Below, piece by piece: positions 57,049-64,000 of a stretch of DNA of 64,000 nucleotides (position 1 is its first letter; each line of letters opens with the position of its first letter). Under the pieces are notes generated by a model that ran no database searches, was not told the DNA's origin, and saw only the letters and a list, made by a program, of their open reading frames with translations. The position numbers and the translations under genes are program-made. Source of the DNA: an uncultured Candidatus Saccharibacteria bacterium. GTDB taxonomy: Bacteria > Patescibacteriota > Minisyncoccia > Phycocordibacterales > Phycocordibacteraceae. The stretch covers positions 72,286 through 136,285 of the forward strand of contig CAYOCH010000001.1 of NCBI GenBank assembly GCA_964402535.1, in the 5' to 3' direction.

Positions 57049-57639
57049 ATGAAGCCGCTCCCTCAATCCTGCCCGCACCCCGTAGCCTTGGCGAAGGAGT
57101 GGTTCGCCGGAGATGCGGTCTCTCTTGCGCCGAAACTGCTGGGAAAGATCGTGAAGAAGGGCACATGCGAAGGGATCGTCGTCGAGACCGAGGCGTACAC
57201 GATAGACCCGGCGTCGCACGCGTTCCGCATCACCCCGAGGAGCCGCGCGATGCGCGACACCTACGGTCACTGGTACGTCTATTTCACCTACGGCATGCAC
57301 TGGTGTGCGAACGTGACGACCAACAAAGGTAGCGTCGGCGCAGTGCTCGTCCGCGCAGTCGAGCCGATCGCAGGTATCGCCCTCATGCAGCGCCGGCGAA
57401 AAGTAAAGAGGTCAGACCTCTTTACTCGCGAGCTGTGCAACGGACCGGCGAAGTTCTGCAAAGCGTTCGGTATCGCGCGCAAAGAGAACGGCCTTCCGGT
57501 CGGCGGCGAGTTTGCGATCTATGATGCACCGCCTGTTGCCCGCGAGGATATCGCCATCTCGACGCGCATCGGCGTCAAGAACGGCAAGGACTTGCTGTGG
57601 AGATTTTATGTGAAAGACAGCCCGTTTGTCAGCCGCTAA
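57049..57639 (+). CDS. mpg: DNA-3-methyladenine glycosylase (AAG/Mpg family)
   Basis: GIVVETEAY...GHWYVYFTYGMHWCANV core typical of PF02245. Confidence 0.8.
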   Translation: MKPLPQSCPHPVALAKEWFAGDAVSLAPKLLGKIVKKGTCEGIVVETEAYTIDPASHAFRITPRSRAMRDTYGHWYVYFTYGMHWCANVTTNKGSVGAVLVRAVEPIAGIALMQRRRKVKRSDLFTRELCNGPAKFCKAFGIARKENGLPVGGEFAIYDAPPVAREDIAISTRIGVKNGKDLLWRFYVKDSPFVSR

Positions 57640-57703
57640 CGCGTCGACTGATAGCCGCCGCGGACACTATGCGGAGACTATAGCGCCTTCATGAACGATC
57701 CAG

Positions 57704-59530
57704 TTAACGGCGTGCGCGGGCGCGGTCGGTCTCGGTGAGATGCTGTTTGCGCAACCGGACGGAAGTCGGCGTGATCTCGAGGTACTCGTCGTCCGCCATG
57801 ATCTCGAGCCCGCGTTCGATCGAGAGCTCGTAGGGCGGAATAAGGACGATTGCCTCGTCGGTACCCGAGGCGCGTACGTTCGACTGGCGCTTGCCCGTTG
57901 TTGGGTTCACCACCATCTCTTCGCCCTTGGCCGTGTTGCCGATCACCATGCCCTCGTAGACCTCGGTCGCCGGCTTGATATAGAGCGTGCCGCGGTTCTG
58001 CAGATTGTCGAGCGAATAGCCGAGCGCCTTGCCGGTCGCCATCGAGATCATCGAGCCGACCTGACGCTTCTTGATCTCACCCGCATACGGCTTGAAGCCG
58101 ATGAAACGTGACGAGAGGATGCCCTCGCCCTTAGTGTCGACGACGAAGATGTTCTTGTAGCCGAGGAGTCCGCGCGTAGGGCCGACGAGCGTGAGGCGCA
58201 CGCCGCCGCCCTCGACCTGCAAATCTTGGAGCTGGAAGGCGCGCTGCCCCAGCTTCTCGATGATCGCGCCCTGGAACTCTCCTGGCGTGTCGATTACGAC
58301 CTCCTCGAACGGCTCGAGCTTGACGCCGTTCTCTTCGTGCAAGATGACCTGCGGCTGCGAGACCTGCATCTCGTACCCCTCGCGGCGCATCTGCTCGAGC
58401 AATATTGAAATGTGGAGCTCGCCGCGGCCCGAGACCTTGAAGGCGTCTGCCGCCGAGGTGTCCACCTTGAGCCCGACGTTCACCTCGAGCTCCTTCTCAA
58501 GGCGATCGCGCAGTTGCCGGCTCGTGACGTACTTGCCCTCCCGCCCGGCAAATGGCGAGTTGTTGACTAAGAAGTCGAGCGCGATCGTCGGCTCATCCAC
58601 AGCAATCGCCGGCAAGGGCGCTGCCTGCTCATTGGTCGTGACCGTCTCGCCGATATAGATGTCCGGGAGACCGGCGATAAGCACGATGTCGCCCGCCGAC
58701 GCCTCGGTCGCCTCGACGCGCTCGAGTCCCTTGAAGGTGAAGACCTTGGTCGTGCGCTCGGCGCGCGTCTCACCCGACGGCTTCTTGACGAAGACCGCCT
58801 GGTTCGGCTTCACCGTGCCCTCGTAGATGCGGCCGACCGCGAGCCGGCCCATGAAGTTGTCATAGGCGAGGTTGAAGGGCTGCAGCATCAAGGGCGCGTC
58901 GGCCGAGGCGGTCGCGTTTGCGGCGGGAACTTTTTCGAGAATCGTATCGAGCAGCGGCGAGAGATCGCCCTCGCCGCTTGCGAGGAGGTCGTTAGGGTTC
59001 AAGCACGCGCGGCCGTCGCGGCCGATCGCGTAGACGACCGGGAAGCTGCTCTGCTCGTCGGACGCGCCGAGATCGAGGAAGAGCTCGAGCACCAGCTCCT
59101 CGCAGCGCGCCGGGTCTGCAGCCGGCTTGTCGATCTTGTTGATCACCACGATCGGCTTCAAGCCGAGCTCCAGGGACTTCTTAAGCACGAAGCGCGTCTG
59201 CGGCATCGGCCCCTCCTGCGCGTCGACGACCAAGAGCACCGAGTCGATCGAGCGCAGCACGCGCTCGACCTCTGAGCCGAAGTCGGCGTGACCCGGCGTG
59301 TCGACGATGTTGATCTTGGTGCCCTTGTATTCGACCGCCGCGTTCTTGGCGTAGATCGTGATGCCGCGCTCCTGCTCGAGCTTGTTCGAGTCCATCGAGA
59401 CGCTCGCGTCCGCCGCGCCCGTCTGGCGCAGGATATGATCGGTCAAGGTCGTCTTGCCGTGGTCGACGTGCGCGATGATGGCGATGTTGCGGATTTCCAT
59501 TGAAATAAAAATGGCCGTCTGGCCGGTCAT
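57704..59530 (-). CDS. typA: translational GTPase TypA/BipA
   Basis: IRNIAIIAHVDHGKTTL G-domain and BipA C-terminal domain; start may be the internal MEIRN Met (59500). Confidence 0.9.
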   Translation of the reverse strand: MTGQTAIFISMEIRNIAIIAHVDHGKTTLTDHILRQTGAADASVSMDSNKLEQERGITIYAKNAAVEYKGTKINIVDTPGHADFGSEVERVLRSIDSVLLVVDAQEGPMPQTRFVLKKSLELGLKPIVVINKIDKPAADPARCEELVLELFLDLGASDEQSSFPVVYAIGRDGRACLNPNDLLASGEGDLSPLLDTILEKVPAANATASADAPLMLQPFNLAYDNFMGRLAVGRIYEGTVKPNQAVFVKKPSGETRAERTTKVFTFKGLERVEATEASAGDIVLIAGLPDIYIGETVTTNEQAAPLPAIAVDEPTIALDFLVNNSPFAGREGKYVTSRQLRDRLEKELEVNVGLKVDTSAADAFKVSGRGELHISILLEQMRREGYEMQVSQPQVILHEENGVKLEPFEEVVIDTPGEFQGAIIEKLGQRAFQLQDLQVEGGGVRLTLVGPTRGLLGYKNIFVVDTKGEGILSSRFIGFKPYAGEIKKRQVGSMISMATGKALGYSLDNLQNRGTLYIKPATEVYEGMVIGNTAKGEEMVVNPTTGKRQSNVRASGTDEAIVLIPPYELSIERGLEIMADDEYLEITPTSVRLRKQHLTETDRARARR

Positions 59531-59558
59531 TTGAGCATAACACGCGAACAGCGCCCTG

Positions 59559-60335
59559 TCACTGCCGCAGGCCCAGCCCGATGCGGATCAGGTACCAGGC
59601 GAAGAGGAGGAAGGCGGCCGCGAAGACGAGCAGGATGCCGAGCGACATCATGAGCGGCACGTCAGCGATGCCGAGAAAGCCGTAGCGGAATCCGTTCACG
59701 ACGTAAAAGATCGGGTCGAACTTCGTGAGCGACGACCAGAACGGCGAGAGCGCCTGCGTCGAATAGAAGACGCCGCCCAGGTAGACAAGCGGCGTCAAGA
59801 CGAATGTCGGCACGATGTTGATGCCGTCGATCGACTTGGCGTAGATGCCGTTCACGAGCCCCGCGACCGAGAAGATGAGCGACGTGAGGACAAGGAAAAG
59901 GATGATGATCGCGATGCTATGCACCGCGAGGTGCGTGAAGAAGAGCGAGACCAAGAGCACGAGCGCGCCGATCAAGACGCCGCGGATCACGCCGCCTGAG
60001 ACATAGCCCGCGACGATCACCCACGGCGGCGTCGGCGAGACCAGGATCTCGTCGATGTTGCGCGCAAAGAACTTGGACATGAACATCGTGAACGAGGTGT
60101 TCATGTACGAATTGGTCACGACGGCGAGCATCACGAGCCCAGGGACGACGAACGAGATGTACGGAACGCCATGCACCTCGCCGATGCGAGAACCGAGGAA
60201 TGCGCCGAAGATGAGGAAGTACAAGACTGACGTGACGATGGACGGGAGAAACGTCTGCGCCCAGATGCGGATGATCCGCACGACGTCCTTGCGGACGATC
60301 GTGTAGAAGGAGATCCATGTCTCGTAGGGCGTCAT
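59559..60335 (-). CDS. ABC-2 family transporter permease
   Basis: 6-TM ABC-2 profile; ATG overlaps the stop of the upstream ATPase. Confidence 0.7.
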   Translation of the reverse strand: MTPYETWISFYTIVRKDVVRIIRIWAQTFLPSIVTSVLYFLIFGAFLGSRIGEVHGVPYISFVVPGLVMLAVVTNSYMNTSFTMFMSKFFARNIDEILVSPTPPWVIVAGYVSGGVIRGVLIGALVLLVSLFFTHLAVHSIAIIILFLVLTSLIFSVAGLVNGIYAKSIDGINIVPTFVLTPLVYLGGVFYSTQALSPFWSSLTKFDPIFYVVNGFRYGFLGIADVPLMMSLGILLVFAAAFLLFAWYLIRIGLGLRQ

Positions 60336-60336
60336 A

Positions 60337-61095
60337 CTATTTCTCTTGCGTGAGCTTGATGAACACCTCCTCGAGCCGGCCGCCGCGATACCCGCTGCCG
60401 TCAGAGGGTCCTTCATGCAGTGCGAGCACCTCCTCGAGCGTGCCGTCGACGATGATCTCGCCCTTGTTGATGATCGCGACGTGCTTGGCGAGCTGCTCGG
60501 CCTCTTCGAGGTAGTGCGTCGTGAGGATGATCGTCACGCCGCGCTTCGTGAGCTCGGTGAGGTAGTCCCACATCGAGCGGCGCAACTCGACGTCGACGCC
60601 CGCCGTCGGCTCGTCAAGGATCAGGAACTGCGGGTCGTTAATGAGCGCGCGAGCAATCATCAACCGCCGCTGCATCCCGCCTGAGAGCGTGCGCGCCTGG
60701 TCGAAGCGCTTCTCGTAGAGGCCGAGGTCGGCGAGTATCTTCTCGGCGCGCGGGATCGCGACCGAGCGCGGGATGCCGTAGTAGCCGCCCTGCGTCACGA
60801 CGATCTCGCGCACCTGACCGAAATAGTCGAAGTTGAGGTTCTGCGGGACGATGCCGATATGCCGGCGCGCCTTTTCAGGTGACTCATCCAAGTCGATACC
60901 CTCGACGAACACCTTGCCGCTCGTCTTGCCGACGAGCCCGGTGACGATCCCGATGATCGTCGTCTTCCCCGCCCCGTTCGGCCCCAAGAGCGCATAGAAA
61001 TCTCCCTTGGGGATCTCGAGCGAGACGCCCTTCAGAGCCTCGACGCCGTTGCCGTACGTCTTCTTGAGGTCACGGATCGAGAGTGCGGCAGCCAT
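60337..61095 (-). CDS. ABC transporter ATP-binding protein
   Basis: GPNGAGKTT Walker A, LSGGMQRR signature, ILDEPT Walker B. Confidence 0.85.
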   Translation of the reverse strand: MAAALSIRDLKKTYGNGVEALKGVSLEIPKGDFYALLGPNGAGKTTIIGIVTGLVGKTSGKVFVEGIDLDESPEKARRHIGIVPQNLNFDYFGQVREIVVTQGGYYGIPRSVAIPRAEKILADLGLYEKRFDQARTLSGGMQRRLMIARALINDPQFLILDEPTAGVDVELRRSMWDYLTELTKRGVTIILTTHYLEEAEQLAKHVAIINKGEIIVDGTLEEVLALHEGPSDGSGYRGGRLEEVFIKLTQEK

Positions 61096-61143
61096 GAGGC
61101 GGCAGTATAGCACCCAGCCGCCTGTGCGACCTGTGAAGAACGG

Positions 61144-62532
61144 CTACAAGAGCGCGTAGATGGCGGCGAGGCCGGAAGCGGCCATGAAGGCGACCGTGAT
61201 CCAGCCGAGGAGAGTCGTGAACGGACGATTCGCGTAGTCGCCCATGAGCCGTTTGCTCGCCGAAAGCTTCACGACGAAGTAGAGGATGATCGGCGCGACC
61301 ACGCCGTTTGCGACGGCGGCATAGATGAGCCCCTTGATCGGATCGAGATGCATGAAGTTGGCGACGATACCGAGCGCCATCGAGATGATGATCACGCCGT
61401 AGAAGGCGTAGGCCTCGTGCAGCTTGCGGTAGAGGCCGTAGCGCCAGCCGAAGCTCTCGGAGATCGCGTAGGCGGTGGAACCGGCCAAGACCGGCACCGA
61501 GAGGAGGCCGGTCCCGACGATTCCGAGTGTGAAGAGCAAGTACGCCATCTCGCCGAAGGGCTTCAAGGCGAGTGCCGCCTGATCGGCCGTCTGGATGTCG
61601 GTGATGCCGCTCGCATAGAGCGTGCCCGCGGTCGCGGCGAAGATGAAGAACGAGATGATGTTCGAGAAGAACATGCCGCTCCAGACGTCGATGCGCATCT
61701 GACGGATCGACCGGCGGTTCGAGCCCGCCTTGCGCTCCGCGATCGTCCGTTCGCCGTGCAAGATATTCTCCTCGACCTCTTGCGACGTCTGCCAGAAGAA
61801 GAGGTACGGCGAGATCGTCGTGCCGAGCACGGCCGCAAGCAAGATAAGCTGGTCCTTCTCAAATGAGAGCGAGGGCACGAGAGTGGCATGCAGCACGGCG
61901 CCCCAATCGAGATTGACCGTGAACGCGACCACCACATACGAGAGGAGCGCGAGCGTTAGGTACTTCAAATATTTCGCATACCGCGCATAGGTCGTGAAGA
62001 TCTGAAGCCCGAGCGTGACGAGAGCGAAGACGATCACCAACAGCTCGGTGCTGAACTGCGGGGCAAGGAGTCGCGTCGCCGCCGCCATCGCACCGAGATC
62101 TGCGGCGATATTGAAGGTGTTGGCGAAGAAGAGCAGCGCCGTCGCGCTATAGAGCGCGTAGCGCGGGTAGTGCCTGCGGATATTGGCTGCGAGCCCCTCT
62201 CCCGAGACGACGCCGATGCGCGCACACATCTCTTGTACTGTCGCCATGAACGGGAAGGTAAACAAGGAGGTCCAGATGAGGCCGAGGCCGTACTTCGCCC
62301 CCGCCTGCGAGTACGCCGCGATACCGGAGGGGTCGTCGTCTGCGGCGCCCGTCGTGAGCCCAGGACCGAGCGTGGTCCAATATTCCTCTGCGAGCTTGAA
62401 GGGCTTCTTGCTGATCAGGATGCGCTCCTCGCGCTCCACGACGACGATCGTCTCTTCGAGCACGCGCGCCGGCGCTTCTGCTGCTTCTTCGAGCTCGTCG
62501 CGAAAATCAGGTGAGGCCATTGCAACCATCAT
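61144..62532 (-). CDS. mntH: NRAMP-family divalent metal transporter
   Basis: GPGLTTGAADDDPSGIA and MATVQEMCARIG NRAMP motifs; start trimmed to internal Met to avoid overlap with the next gene. Confidence 0.8.
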   Translation of the reverse strand: MMVAMASPDFRDELEEAAEAPARVLEETIVVVEREERILISKKPFKLAEEYWTTLGPGLTTGAADDDPSGIAAYSQAGAKYGLGLIWTSLFTFPFMATVQEMCARIGVVSGEGLAANIRRHYPRYALYSATALLFFANTFNIAADLGAMAAATRLLAPQFSTELLVIVFALVTLGLQIFTTYARYAKYLKYLTLALLSYVVVAFTVNLDWGAVLHATLVPSLSFEKDQLILLAAVLGTTISPYLFFWQTSQEVEENILHGERTIAERKAGSNRRSIRQMRIDVWSGMFFSNIISFFIFAATAGTLYASGITDIQTADQAALALKPFGEMAYLLFTLGIVGTGLLSVPVLAGSTAYAISESFGWRYGLYRKLHEAYAFYGVIIISMALGIVANFMHLDPIKGLIYAAVANGVVAPIILYFVVKLSASKRLMGDYANRPFTTLLGWITVAFMAASGLAAIYALL

Positions 62533-62599
62533 ACCCGACCGCACCCGCTCTAAGAACAAGGCGCCGTGGGTACGGCGCCTGAACGAGTGCCACACAGCA

Positions 62600-63121
62600 T
62601 CACGCGAACAGATCATCGCCGCGAACCGGCACGTGTTTACCGAGAAGGCGTACCGCACCGTCACGGACGACCGCCCAGACAGCGTCCGCCGCGTACAGTG
62701 AACCGTCGTGCGCGAGCGAATAGCCCATCACTGCCGCGTCGCCGATGACGAATTCGAGCAGCTCCTCTTCAGCAAGAGCGAATCGCGGCTCGCGGCGGAT
62801 CTGCTCCGAACCGAAATACATCGTCATGAACGAACGGTCGATCCGGAGCTCCACATACCGTTCTGTCGGCAGTGCGCAGCGGCCAGTCGAGTCGAACAAC
62901 ACGTCTTCGCCCGCAAGGATGCCGATCACGCACCGGCTCTCGCCGAATATGCCTGGGCAGTGCATCGTACTTCGGATGGATACGGATGTGTCGGAGAAGA
63001 TGCCGTCATGCGGATCGCGGCTGACCGCTAAGAACAGTTCGCCGCGCTTCCCTCTCAATAGCTGCCGCAGCTTGCTGATGCGCGCCGCGTAGAACGACTG
63101 CACGTTACTGACATCATTCAT
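62600..63121 (-). CDS. hypothetical protein
   Basis: 173 aa ORF, no family match. Confidence 0.35.
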   Translation of the reverse strand: MNDVSNVQSFYAARISKLRQLLRGKRGELFLAVSRDPHDGIFSDTSVSIRSTMHCPGIFGESRCVIGILAGEDVLFDSTGRCALPTERYVELRIDRSFMTMYFGSEQIRREPRFALAEEELLEFVIGDAAVMGYSLAHDGSLYAADAVWAVVRDGAVRLLGKHVPVRGDDLFA

Positions 63122-63260
63122 GACACACCTCGCTCGGTTGATGGTTGAAGGTTCTTCTCAGTAGGTGATACACGAACACTCATGAAGGTGACATGAAGAG
63201 CTCATGTAAGCGCCGCAGCGAGAGGTGCGCTATAGTGCCCGCATGACAGATGATTTCCCG

Positions 63261-63950
63261 ATGCGGATCAATAAATATCTCGCCCATATGGGCGTCTCGA
63301 CGCGCCGCGGCGCAGACGAGCTTGTCGCGCGCGGCGCCGTGCTTTTAAACGGCCGCGTCGCAGCGATCGGCGACCAGGTGCAAGAGGGCGACCGTGTCGA
63401 GGTGCGCGGCAGGCGCACGCACAAGGCGTACCGCTACTTCGCCTACAACAAGCCGGTCGGCGTCGTGACACACTCGCCGCAGCACGGCGAGAAAGAGGTG
63501 AGGCACGGCGTGCCGAAGGGCGTCTTCCCCATCGGCCGGCTCGACAAGGACTCGAGCGGGCTCCTCATCCTCACGGACGACGGACGAGTCACCGACCGGC
63601 TCCTAAACCCGCGCTTCGACCACGACAAGGAGTATCGCGTGCGCACGCTCGACCCGCTCCGGGGCAGCTTCAAGCAGGCGATGGAGAAGGGCGTGGATAT
63701 CGAGGGATACCTGACCGCACCGTGTACGGTGCGTAAGACCGGCCCCAACTCATTCCACATCACCCTCACCGAGGGCAAGAAGCATCAGATCCGCCGCATG
63801 GTCGCAGCGCTGCACAACCAGGTGACCGAGCTCGTCCGCGTGCGCGTCTTGAATATCCGCCTCGGCGACCTTGCAGAGGGCGCATGGCGCCCGATCGCAG
63901 GCGCAGAGCTTGCAGAGTTCTTGAATACGATCGGCCTAGCTGCCGACTGA
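63261..63950 (+). CDS. RsuA/RluB-family pseudouridine synthase
   Basis: S4 domain (MRINKYLAHMGVSTRR) plus GRLDKDSSGLLILTDDG catalytic Asp motif. Confidence 0.8.
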   Translation: MRINKYLAHMGVSTRRGADELVARGAVLLNGRVAAIGDQVQEGDRVEVRGRRTHKAYRYFAYNKPVGVVTHSPQHGEKEVRHGVPKGVFPIGRLDKDSSGLLILTDDGRVTDRLLNPRFDHDKEYRVRTLDPLRGSFKQAMEKGVDIEGYLTAPCTVRKTGPNSFHITLTEGKKHQIRRMVAALHNQVTELVRVRVLNIRLGDLAEGAWRPIAGAELAEFLNTIGLAAD

Positions 63951-64000
63951 GCGGCGGCCCCAGTGGATGTGCGCCCACACGCGCTCGTGCAGGTAGTAGA

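Overview
High-GC (~65%) compact bacterial chromosome segment with tightly packed, often 4-nt-overlapping genes. The housekeeping backbone includes gyrA, rpsA, pth, lepB, a hisS-like gene, rpsU, ybeY, ftsA, ftsZ, trxB, tsaD, valS, lepA, murJ, class II nrdJ, htpX, recG, ftsH, smpB, typA, mntH, orn and nrnA. Eight tRNAs are present (Glu, Ser-CGA, Val, Phe, Arg-CCT, Gly-CCC, Ser-GGA, Ile-UAU), plus RNase P RNA and tmRNA immediately downstream of smpB. Gene content (S21, a short ValRS, tRNA-Ile(UAU), many small membrane proteins) may fit a Patescibacteria/CPR-like reduced genome; this is inference only. Several low-GC insertions interrupt the backbone. The most striking is a ~4.3 kb island (19.8-24.1 kb) inserted exactly at the 3' end of tRNA-Glu. 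It carries a large serine recombinase and two nested pairs of long perfect inverted repeats (~215 bp and ~113 bp) bracketing a 4-gene cargo operon and the recombinase gene. Other insertions are a zeta-toxin-family kinase islet between rpsA and pth, and a free-standing LAGLIDADG homing endonuclease gene abutting tRNA-Ser(GGA). tsaD and lepA each carry a 43-55 bp palindromic in-frame insertion. All coordinates of hand-called RNA and repeat features are +/- 1-2 nt, because my position counting disagreed with the ORF track by 1 nt at two anchor points.
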